This document shows positions 1 to 8,110 of a stretch of 64,000 nt of DNA, one piece after another (within the stretch, counting starts at the first letter, position 1; every line of letters starts with the position of its first letter). Under the pieces are notes generated by a model. It was not told the DNA's origin. It saw only the letters and a program-made list of their open reading frames with translations, and did no database searches. A program made the position numbers and the translations under genes. Origin of the DNA: Myxococcota bacterium (GTDB lineage: Bacteria > Myxococcota_A > UBA9160 > SZUA-336); NCBI GenBank assembly GCA_035498015.1, contig DATKAO010000018.1:1835-65834 (forward strand), in the 5' to 3' direction.

Positions 1-1
1 G

Positions 2-799
2 CCGTTCGTGCCCGCCGACTTTCCCGATCCGGCCAGGCGCCGCGCGCGCTTCGCCGCCTGGCGGCTCAACTGGCAGCCGGGCACGAAGTTCGAGTACCAC
101 CCGAGCTCGTCCATGTACGTGATCGCCGACATCATCGAGCGACTCAGCGGCCAGACCTACAGTGACTTCGTGCGCGAGCGCATCGCGCTGCCGCTCGGGC
201 TCGAGGACCTGTGGGTCGGCCTGCCGCGCGCGCTGCACGGACGCCTGGCCGACTGCGTGCACGTGGGCGAGGCGCTGACCGAGGCCGACTACGCCAAGCT
301 CGGCGTGCCCATGCCGCCGGTCACCGAGGTCACCGAGGAGGCGATCACCAGCTTCAACCGGCCCGAGGTGCGCACGGCCGGCATTCCCGGCGGCGGCGGC
401 ACGATGACCGCGGCCGAGCTCGCGCTCTTCTACCAGGGCCTGCTCGACGGCGGGAAGTCACTCGCCGGGCGCGAGCTGTGGAAGCCCGACACGCTGGCTT
501 CGGCGCGGCGCGTCCGCTCGGGCGACCTGCGCGACCTGTTGTTCAAGAAGCACGCGAACCGCGCGCTCGGCGTGATCGTCGCCGGTGACTCGGACCGCAC
601 TTACCGCGGCTTCGGTCACACCAACTCGGAGCTCGCGTTCGGCCACGGCGGCGCCGGCGGGCAGATCGGCTGGGCGGACCCCAAGACCGGGATCTCGGTC
701 GGCTACTGCACCGACGGCCACGACCGGAACAACATGCGCCAGGGCCGGCGCGGCGTGGGAATCTCGAGCCGCGCGGCGTCCTGTCTGCTCGCTTCTTGA
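2..799 (+). CDS. beta-lactamase-family serine hydrolase (EstB/PBP-like), C-terminal part; the 5' end is outside the window
   Basis: The ORF 8..799 is open to the left window edge. The C-terminal motif AFGHGGAGGQIGWADPKTGISVGY is typical of the class-C beta-lactamase/esterase family. GC3-rich codons. Confidence 0.55.
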   Translation, partial: PFVPADFPDPARRRARFAAWRLNWQPGTKFEYHPSSSMYVIADIIERLSGQTYSDFVRERIALPLGLEDLWVGLPRALHGRLADCVHVGEALTEADYAKLGVPMPPVTEVTEEAITSFNRPEVRTAGIPGGGGTMTAAELALFYQGLLDGGKSLAGRELWKPDTLASARRVRSGDLRDLLFKKHANRALGVIVAGDSDRTYRGFGHTNSELAFGHGGAGGQIGWADPKTGISVGYCTDGHDRNNMRQGRRGVGISSRAASCLLAS

Positions 800-2025
800 C
801 GAAGGACGAGTTCTTTCGGCGCGCGCGCACCGACCTGCCGGGGCCGCTGGCCGGCGTCCGCGTCATCGAGGCGACCACCACCTGGGCCGGGCCCATGTGC
901 GCCTGCGTGCTGGCCGACTTCGGCGCCGACGTGATCAAGGTCGAGCTGCCCGAAGGCGAGGTCGCGCGCCGGCTGCCGCCGTTCCTGCCGGGCGCCGAGC
1001 CGGGTCTCTCGTTCATGCACACCACGGTGAATCGCAACAAGCGCAGCCTGACGCTCGACCTGCGCCAGCCCGCGGGCCGTGACTTGTTTCTGCGACTCGC
1101 GCGCAGCGCCGACGTGGTGGTCGAGAACTTCCGCCCAGGCACGATGGCGGAATGGGGGCTCGGCTACGACGACGTGCACGCGGTGCGGCCCGACGTGGTC
1201 TACGTGTCGATCAGCGGCTTCGGCCAGTTCGGCCCCGACCGCGAGCGCGCGGGCTACGACCCCATGGCGCAGGCCGCCAGCGGCTGGCTGTCACTCAACG
1301 GCGAGCCGGGGGGGCCGCCGGTGAAGGCGCCGACCTTCATCGGCGACGACCTGGGCGGGCTGCACGGCGCGCTCGCGGCGCTGGCCGCGCTGCGCCACCG
1401 TGACCGCACGGGCGAAGGCCAGCACGTGGACGTGGCGCTGCAGGATGCGCTCTTGTTCCAGTCGAACGGCTACCCGATGCTGGCGGCGCTCGGCGTCGAC
1501 CTGCCGCGCATGGGCAGTCAGTTCGTGGTCGCCGCGCCGGCCGGGGTGTACCGCTGCAGCGACGGCTACGTGATGCTCGGCGTCCTGCTCGACGCGCACT
1601 GGCGCGTGCTGGCGGGCCTGCTGGGCCGGCCAGAGCTGGCGGACGATCCCGCCTACGCCACCGGCCGGCTGCGAGTCACCAGGCGCCCGGAGCTGAACGC
1701 GCTGATCGAGGCCTGGGTCGGGCCGCAGCGCGTGGCGGAGGTGGTCGAGACACTCGTGGCGGCGCGGCTCCCCGCCTCGGCCGTGCGCCGCTACGCCGAC
1801 GCCGCCGGCGACCCTCACGTGCGCGAGCGCGACATGCTGCAGAGCGTGGAGCTCGAGAACGGCCAGCGGGCGCCGCTGGTCGGCCCGGCCGCGAAGTTCT
1901 CGCGCACGCCCGTCGGCGTGCGGGCCGCGGCGCCGGCGCTCGGCGCGCACACCGACGAGCTGCTCGAAGAGCTGGGAGTGACTCCCGGCGAGCGCGCCCG
2001 GCTGCGGGAGCGCGGAGTCATCTGA
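796..2025 (+). CDS. CoA-transferase family III (CaiB/BaiF-like)
   Basis: 409-aa ORF with VIEATTTWAGPMCACVLADFGADVIKVE and ENFRPGTMAEWGLGYDDV motifs typical of family-III CoA transferases. 4-nt overlap with the upstream gene. Confidence 0.85.
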   Translation: MTKDEFFRRARTDLPGPLAGVRVIEATTTWAGPMCACVLADFGADVIKVELPEGEVARRLPPFLPGAEPGLSFMHTTVNRNKRSLTLDLRQPAGRDLFLRLARSADVVVENFRPGTMAEWGLGYDDVHAVRPDVVYVSISGFGQFGPDRERAGYDPMAQAASGWLSLNGEPGGPPVKAPTFIGDDLGGLHGALAALAALRHRDRTGEGQHVDVALQDALLFQSNGYPMLAALGVDLPRMGSQFVVAAPAGVYRCSDGYVMLGVLLDAHWRVLAGLLGRPELADDPAYATGRLRVTRRPELNALIEAWVGPQRVAEVVETLVAARLPASAVRRYADAAGDPHVRERDMLQSVELENGQRAPLVGPAAKFSRTPVGVRAAAPALGAHTDELLEELGVTPGERARLRERGVI

Positions 2026-2029
2026 GCCC

Positions 2030-2722
2030 ATGCGGCGGCTGGCGCTCGCGCTCGTGCTGTTCGCGCTCGCCTCGGTCGGGCCGGCGCGCGCGGCCGAGCC
2101 CACCGGCAGCGTGAAGGGCAGCGTGAAGGTGCTGAAGAAGGGCTTCTTCGGGCGCATCGGCGAGAGCGACGACAAGAGCGGCGTCTTGCTGTACGTGACC
2201 GGCTACGAGGAGCCGGCGCCCCGAGAGGTCGCGCAGCTCGTGCAGCAGAACGAGCGCTTTGCGCCGCGCCTCCTGCCGATCGTGGCCGGTCAGACGGTGA
2301 GCTTCCCGAACCGCGACCGCCTGTACCACAACGTGTTCTCGGTCGCGCCCGCGATGTCGTTCGACCTGGGTCAGTACAAGTCGAGCGACCCGCCGCGCAC
2401 CCAGACCTTCGACAAGCCCGGCCTCGTGCCCGTTTACTGCAACATCCACCCGCAGATGATCTCCTACGTGGTGGTGCTGGAAAACCGCGCGTTCGCGCTG
2501 ACCGGCGAGGACGGCGCGTTCGAGCTGCGCGGCGTGCGCGCGGGCAAGCACGCACTGAACGCCTGGATGCCCGGCGCGCAGCGGGTGACTCGCGACGTCG
2601 AGATACCCGCCGGCGGCGAGGTTGCGGTGGAGCTCACGCTCGAGCAGACCCAGGCGATCCCGCCGCACCTGCGCAAGGACGGCACGCCCTATCCGCCGCC
2701 GCCGACCTACGACGGGAATTGA
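2030..2722 (+). CDS. secreted cupredoxin-like (amicyanin-type C-x2-H-x2-M) protein
   Basis: Signal peptide MRRLALALVLFALASVGPARA. C-terminal VYCNIHPQM matches the type-1 copper ligand spacing C-x2-H-x2-M of amicyanin, and YHNVF is a candidate upstream His ligand. Stop 4 nt before the cyclase start. Confidence 0.55.
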   Translation: MRRLALALVLFALASVGPARAAEPTGSVKGSVKVLKKGFFGRIGESDDKSGVLLYVTGYEEPAPREVAQLVQQNERFAPRLLPIVAGQTVSFPNRDRLYHNVFSVAPAMSFDLGQYKSSDPPRTQTFDKPGLVPVYCNIHPQMISYVVVLENRAFALTGEDGAFELRGVRAGKHALNAWMPGAQRVTRDVEIPAGGEVAVELTLEQTQAIPPHLRKDGTPYPPPPTYDGN

Positions 2723-2725
2723 GCG

Positions 2726-4765
2726 ATGGCCGCGCGGCTGCGCCTGCGCTTCCGCACCAAGATCTGGATCGCCCTGTGCGGCCTGGTCGGCGTGGCGCTG
2801 GCCGTCGCGCTCGCGGTCGCCCAGGACGCAGCGCTGGAGCGCGTGCGCAGCGAGTCACGCGCGCGCTTCGACCGCACGCTCACCGCGTTCCACGAGCTGC
2901 AGCGGCTGCGCGCGCAGTACGCCTCGGCCGAGATCGACGCGCTCTCGCGCGCGAACCCGCAGCTGCGCACGATCCTGTCCACGGCCTCGCTGGCCGCGGC
3001 CGACCTGGGCTTCGGCGGCGCCGCGCCCGAGGACGCGCTGCACGACGCCAACCTGCGCCTGCAGTCGGCGCTGCCCTCGCTCGCCGCCAAGGAGAAGCTC
3101 GTGGTGTTCGCGCTGACCGACGCGCACGGGCGCCTGCTCTACAGCCGCGCCGACCCGGAGCGCTTCGGCCAGGACCTGCTCGCGCTCGGCCGCGTGAAGA
3201 GCGTGGCCGACGGCGCGCGCGCCACCTGGATCTGGCTCGACGGCGACGCCGTGGTCGGCGACGCGCGGCTGGCGCCCGCGTATCCGTCGCCGGCGCTGTA
3301 TCTCGTGCGCGGCGAGCCGGTGGTCTTCGACGACGAGGTGCACGGCATCGTGCTGCTGGGCGAGCCGCTCGACCGCGAGCTGCTCGAGTCACTGCGCGGG
3401 ATCACCGGCGTCGACCTGGCCCTGGTCTCGCGCGGACGGGTGATCGCGACCACGCTCTCGGCCGCGCACGAGGGCGCGCTGCCGGTCGCGCTCGAGCGCA
3501 TGGAGCGCGCCCGCGACCCGGGCCGCGGCATGGCCGAGCTGCAGCTCGACGACGAGCGCTTCCTGGCGCTGCGCTCGGAGCTCGACCCGGGCACGCCCCA
3601 GGCCGACGCCGGCTTCGTGCTCCTGACTTCGCTCTCGGGCGAGCTCGCCGCGTTCCGCGAGCTGCGCACGACACTCTCCGGTGTCGGCCTGCTCGTGCTC
3701 GCCGGCGCGCTCGGCGTCGGCTACGCGCTGGCGCGCGGCATCACCAACCCGCTCTCCGACCTGGGGCGCGCGGCGCGCCGCGTGGGCCGAGGCGACCTGG
3801 ACGCGCGCGTCTCGATCGCGACCGGCGACGAGCTCGAATCACTCGGCGACGCCTTCAACGAGATGGCCGCGGGCCTGCGCGAGCGCGAGCTGATCAAGAG
3901 CACGCTCGAGCGCTACGTGAGCAAGAAGGTCGCGGCCGAGCTGCTGCGCGACCCGGGCCGCGTGACTCTGGCCGGCGCGCGCCGCGAGCTGACGGTGATG
4001 TTCGTCGACCTCGGCGGCTTCACGGCGCTGGCCGAGGAGCTCCCGCCCGAAGTCGTGGTCGCCCACCTGAACGAGTATTTCGAGGCGGTGTGCGGCGCCG
4101 TGCTCGAGGAGGACGGCACGGTCAAGGAGTTCCAGGGCGACGGCGTGGTGGCGTTCTGGGGCGCGCCCATCCCGCAGCCCGACCACGCGCCCCGCGCGTG
4201 CCGCGCCGCGCTCGCCGCCGCGGCGCGCCTCGACGCGCTGCGCGGCCGCTGGGAGCGGCGCGGAGTGATTGCCCCGAGCTACCGCCTGGGCTTGCACAGC
4301 GCGGAGCTGGTGGCGGGCGAGATCGGCTCGGCCGAGCGCGGCGCGTACGGGATCGTGGGCGACGGCATGAACCTCGCCGCGCGCATCGAGGGCGCGAACA
4401 AGCTCTACGGCACGCGCTTGCTCGTCTCCGAAGCCACGCGCGAGCGGCTCGGTGCCGGGTTCCTGCTGCGCGAGCTCGACCGCGTGCGCGTGGTCGGCCG
4501 CCGCCAGCCCGTGCGGCTGTTCGAGCTGATCGCGCAGGACTCCGCCGCCACCCCGCAGGCGCGGCGCGCGTGTGCGCTCTACGAGCGCGCGCTCGCCGCG
4601 TACCGCGCGCGCGCGTTCGGAGAGTCACTGCGCGCGCTCGACGAGCTCCTGGCAGCGGCGCCGGACGACGCCCCGGCGCGGTTCCTGCGCGCGCGCGTCA
4701 GCGAGCTCGAGTCGAGCCCGCCGCCGGCCGACTGGGACGCCGTGCTCGCGCTCGAGACCAAGTGA
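2726..4765 (+). CDS. membrane adenylate/guanylate cyclase with periplasmic sensor region, HAMP domain and C-terminal TPR-like tail
   Basis: N-terminal TM helix, about 280-aa extracytoplasmic region, second TM, HAMP (LSDLGRAARRVGRGDLDARV). Class III cyclase motifs LTVMFVDLGGFTALAEEL, FQGDGVVAFWGAP, GIVGDGMNLAARIEG. Confidence 0.85.
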   Translation: MAARLRLRFRTKIWIALCGLVGVALAVALAVAQDAALERVRSESRARFDRTLTAFHELQRLRAQYASAEIDALSRANPQLRTILSTASLAAADLGFGGAAPEDALHDANLRLQSALPSLAAKEKLVVFALTDAHGRLLYSRADPERFGQDLLALGRVKSVADGARATWIWLDGDAVVGDARLAPAYPSPALYLVRGEPVVFDDEVHGIVLLGEPLDRELLESLRGITGVDLALVSRGRVIATTLSAAHEGALPVALERMERARDPGRGMAELQLDDERFLALRSELDPGTPQADAGFVLLTSLSGELAAFRELRTTLSGVGLLVLAGALGVGYALARGITNPLSDLGRAARRVGRGDLDARVSIATGDELESLGDAFNEMAAGLRERELIKSTLERYVSKKVAAELLRDPGRVTLAGARRELTVMFVDLGGFTALAEELPPEVVVAHLNEYFEAVCGAVLEEDGTVKEFQGDGVVAFWGAPIPQPDHAPRACRAALAAAARLDALRGRWERRGVIAPSYRLGLHSAELVAGEIGSAERGAYGIVGDGMNLAARIEGANKLYGTRLLVSEATRERLGAGFLLRELDRVRVVGRRQPVRLFELIAQDSAATPQARRACALYERALAAYRARAFGESLRALDELLAAAPDDAPARFLRARVSELESSPPPADWDAVLALETK

Positions 4766-5534
4766 GTCCCAGCGCCGCCAGCGCCAGCAGTCCGGCCGCG
4801 CCGGGCTCCGGCACGATCGCGAAGGCGTCGACGTCGCTCGCGTAGGCGTCACCGGCGTCCTGGAACACGCGCACGTACTGGATCCAGGGCAGGCCGAGCG
4901 CGGCCAGGTCGACGCCCACACCGCCGCCGCCGCCCGCGTAGAGCGCCGCGATCTCGGCCGTCGTCTTGCCCGCGAAGTCGCCGAGCCCGAGCGCCGGGTC
5001 GACGGGCTGGGTGTAGCGGGTCGGGATCGAGCCGTCGGAGCCGAAGGGGTCGGTCACGTCCTGGTACGCCAGCGTCGGGAACATGCCGTCGGCAGTCACT
5101 GTCGCGGTGTACCAGGTCACGCCGTCCTGACTCACCGCGATGCGCGCCGGCTCGGCGAACACCGTGCCGTCGGCGAGACCGGTGTTGAAGTCGATGCCCA
5201 GGAAGGCGTTTCCGTACACCAGGAGGTCGATGCCGTACGGGTTGGCGCCGTCGTCGGCGACGGGGTGGTCGAAGCGCACCGTGAGCTGTCCGCCGGCGCC
5301 GATCGAGACCACGTCGCTCGACTGGTACGGCGCGTTGAACGGCGTGAGCGACCCGTCGAACGGGCCCGTGCCGGTGGCGCGCCCCGGCGAGCCGAGCGCC
5401 ACGTTCGGGTCCGTGTAGCCCGCGCTGACGTTCGAGCCGGGCGTGTAACTCACGACCTCGCTGGCAAAGGAGGACGCGAGCACACGCGTGGCCAGGGACG
5501 AAAAGACGACGGCGGTGAGCGCGATGGCTCTCAT
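4698..5534 (-). CDS. PEP-CTERM sorting-signal secreted protein
   Basis: N-terminal signal peptide. C-terminus IVPEPGAAGLLALAALGLTWSRARARR has the PEP motif, a hydrophobic helix and an Arg-rich tail. GGAGG-type RBS before the ATG at 5534. The 3' end overlaps the cyclase 3' end by 68 nt. Confidence 0.7.
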   Translation of the reverse strand: MRAIALTAVVFSSLATRVLASSFASEVVSYTPGSNVSAGYTDPNVALGSPGRATGTGPFDGSLTPFNAPYQSSDVVSIGAGGQLTVRFDHPVADDGANPYGIDLLVYGNAFLGIDFNTGLADGTVFAEPARIAVSQDGVTWYTATVTADGMFPTLAYQDVTDPFGSDGSIPTRYTQPVDPALGLGDFAGKTTAEIAALYAGGGGGVGVDLAALGLPWIQYVRVFQDAGDAYASDVDAFAIVPEPGAAGLLALAALGLTWSRARARRPSRPAAGSTRAR

Positions 5535-5839
5535 GCAAGAACTCCTCGACTCGCTTTCGGAGTCGCATTTCGGACGTTCATTCCACGCGCCAGGCCGGTC
5601 TTCTGGCTCCCGGATCGTCCTCCCGCCGAGCCTTCCCGGAGCCGCGAGGCGGCTCCAGTGGCATGATTCGGCGTTCGTCCCCGGTCACAGCGACGGGCTC
5701 GCGCCGGACTCTCACCGGCTTCCCGACACCTGACGCGACTCTTGTTGTTGGTCTTCTACCTCGCACCGCCGTCGGAGTCAAACCGCAGTCCTGTCGAGCG
5801 CGCGGCCACCCTGCCCACGCGCTCGGTTGACGCTGCAGG

Positions 5840-6020
5840 TTGCGGGGTGATACAGGTCGCGGTGAGCTCGGTTAAGGGAAGGCCGTGAGAATCGGCCGCG
5901 GTCCCGCCACTGTGATGGGGTTCCCCACGTCGGGGAAGTCAGTCCGAGACATGCCACTGGGAGCGCCGCTCCCGGGAAGGCTCGGAACGGCGAAGTAACC
6001 CTGAGCCAGGAGACCTGCCG
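5840..6020 (+). promoter_or_regulatory. cobalamin (AdoCbl) riboswitch
   Basis: Conserved elements GGTGATAC, GGTTAAGGGAAG, GTGAGAATC, CGGTCCCGCCACTGTGATGGGG, GCCACTGGGAG, CCGGGAAGG and the B12 box CCCTGAGCCAGGAGACCTGCC lie 40 nt upstream of a TonB-dependent receptor gene. GAGGAGGGAG RBS directly downstream. Confidence 0.85.
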
Positions 6021-6061
6021 AGCGCTCGGGACGAAGTCCCGCTCTCCGAGGAGGGAGTCAC

Positions 6062-8110
6062 TTGGCGTCGTCTCGACTCACTTGCGCGGCCCTGGCGTGC
6101 GTACTGGCTGCACGCAGCGTGCTCGCGGGCGAGCTGCACGAGTCGGCGGACGACCCGTCGGCGTTCTCGACCGTGATCGACGCCACGAAGTACGACGATC
6201 GCTTCGCCACCGTCGAGGAATTGCTCGACCAGGTGCCCGGCGCGAAGGTGACTCGCAGCGGGGGAATCGGCTCGCGCAGCACGCTCGGGCTGCGCGGCTC
6301 CAAGCCCGAGCAGGTGCTGGTGCTGCTCGACGGCGTCCGGCTCAATTCACCCGAGCGCGGCGCGGCGGACCTGTCGACCATCCCCGTGCGCCAGGTCCAA
6401 GAGATCGAAGTGATTCGCGGCGGCGGCGCCGCGCGCTTCGGCAGCGACGCCGTCGGCGGCGTGGTGCTGATCACCACGCGCAAGGCCGCGAGCGACGGCC
6501 CGCACGCCGACGCGTCGCTCACGGCCGGCAGCACCACGCTGCGCGGCGGCGACATCACGCTCTCGGGCGCGGGCGACCGCGGCAGCGCGCTCCTGAGTTA
6601 CTCGCGGCTCTCGGCCCGGAACGACTATCTCTTCGACCTGCCGTCGCGCGATCCGGGCCGGACCTTCACGTTCCGCCGGCTGAACGCCGACTCCAGCGAG
6701 GACTCCGGGCTGCTGCGCGGCAGCCTGCTCCTGGGTCAGTTCACCAGCCTCGATGCGTCCGTCGATCTCTACCGGCGCGACGGCGGCCAGCCGGGCAGCG
6801 TGTACGGCAAGCCGCGCGAGAACGCGACCAGCGAGGACATCTCGTGCACGACCAGCGACGAGAGCTACCAGCGCGGCCTGGCCCGGCTCGCGCTCGTGAG
6901 TCAGCGTTTCCTCGGCGGCGCCTTCGAGCTCGCGGGCTCGGTGCGCAGCGACGACGACGACCTCGAGGACCCCGGCGGCGCCTGCGGCTTCGTGAGCCCG
7001 CTGAACACGGGCGGCCGCGACAGCGCGTCGTGGCGCGAGCGCGAGTCGGCGCTCGAGACCAGTTGGTCCGCCGAGCGAGTCACTTGGGACTGGGTCGAGC
7101 TCTCCGGGCGTGCGGTGGCCGGCCTGCGCTACACCACGGTCGACTCTTCCGACGCGGACCTGCACCGGCGCACGCTCGGCTCGGTGTCACTCCTGCCGGA
7201 GCTCGCGTTCTTCGGGCGCACGCTGCGCATCCTGCCCGGCTTCGGCGTCGAGCTGGCGAGCTCGAGCTCGGGGCTGGCGCGCTCGTCGGTGTCGCAGTCG
7301 TTCGTCGAGACACAGCCGCACGATCCGACCGCGTGGCTGCCGGCCGTGGGCGCGATCCTGGAAGTCGCGCCCGGCTTCCGCTTCAAAGCCAACTGGAAGC
7401 GCGTGCTGCGCCGGCCCACGTTCACGGAGCTCTACCACCCCGACTGGACCTTCATCCGCGGCAACCCCGAGCTCGAGCCCGAGCGCGGCTGGAACGCCGA
7501 CGTGGGCTTCGAGCTGGCGTCGGACGGCGCGGGCTGGGTGCGCGACCTGGGGCTGCAGGTGAGTCTCTTCCAGCGCGAGCTCGACCAGGGCATCGAGTGG
7601 CTGTTGAGCCGGGGCAACAGCTACATGCCGCTCAACACCGGCCCGCAGCGCGCGCTCGGCGGCGAGCTGTCGTTCCAGTCCACCTGGCTGCGCGTGCTCG
7701 AGCTCGGCGGCTCCTACACCTACACCGACGCGCGCTATCTCGACCGGTCACAGGCGGGCGTGGCTTTCGACAGCGGCATCCGGCCCGTGGTGCCTCACGT
7801 GCCCATGAACTCGGTCTCGGCCAACGCCGCGCTCGAGCTGGGCGTGCTGCGGCCATGGGCGCAGCTGCACTACGACAGCGACTTCGCCTACCGCGTGGGA
7901 CAGGTGCCGCTGGCGCCGGCGACCTTCGTGGTGAACGCCGGCGTGGTGCTGCGGCCGAACCGCATTCCGCGGCTCCAGTTCCTGCCCGACACGCTCGCGC
8001 TGTCGCTCGAGGCGAGCAATCTCGGTCACGAGCAGCGCTACGACTCGTTCGGCCAGCCGCTCTCGCGACAGACGCTCTGGGTGGTGCGTATCCGCGGGGC
8101 CGCGCCGTGA
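6062..8110 (+). CDS. btuB: TonB-dependent outer-membrane receptor, BtuB-like (vitamin B12 transporter)
   Basis: TTG start after a strong RBS. Signal peptide, then plug-domain motifs (VTRSGGIGSRSTLGLRGSKPEQVLVLLDGVRLN, EIEVIRGGGAARFGSDAVGGVVLITT). Directly preceded by a cobalamin riboswitch. Confidence 0.8.
   Translation: MASSRLTCAALACVLAARSVLAGELHESADDPSAFSTVIDATKYDDRFATVEELLDQVPGAKVTRSGGIGSRSTLGLRGSKPEQVLVLLDGVRLNSPERGAADLSTIPVRQVQEIEVIRGGGAARFGSDAVGGVVLITTRKAASDGPHADASLTAGSTTLRGGDITLSGAGDRGSALLSYSRLSARNDYLFDLPSRDPGRTFTFRRLNADSSEDSGLLRGSLLLGQFTSLDASVDLYRRDGGQPGSVYGKPRENATSEDISCTTSDESYQRGLARLALVSQRFLGGAFELAGSVRSDDDDLEDPGGACGFVSPLNTGGRDSASWRERESALETSWSAERVTWDWVELSGRAVAGLRYTTVDSSDADLHRRTLGSVSLLPELAFFGRTLRILPGFGVELASSSSGLARSSVSQSFVETQPHDPTAWLPAVGAILEVAPGFRFKANWKRVLRRPTFTELYHPDWTFIRGNPELEPERGWNADVGFELASDGAGWVRDLGLQVSLFQRELDQGIEWLLSRGNSYMPLNTGPQRALGGELSFQSTWLRVLELGGSYTYTDARYLDRSQAGVAFDSGIRPVVPHVPMNSVSANAALELGVLRPWAQLHYDSDFAYRVGQVPLAPATFVVNAGVVLRPNRIPRLQFLPDTLALSLEASNLGHEQRYDSFGQPLSRQTLWVVRIRGAAP

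Noticed and set aside
2719-4845. Very long ORFs in alternative frames or on the opposite strand, e.g. 2719..4845 (+), 6082..8100 (+), 10667..12142 (-), 12266..15475 (-), 35774..37312 (+), 51002..53188 (-), 25844..26770 (+)
   Set aside because: Their translations are Arg/Ala/Gly/Pro low-complexity strings with no domain signatures. They overlap well-supported genes, which is the expected shadow-ORF behaviour of a 70% GC genome with rare stop codons.
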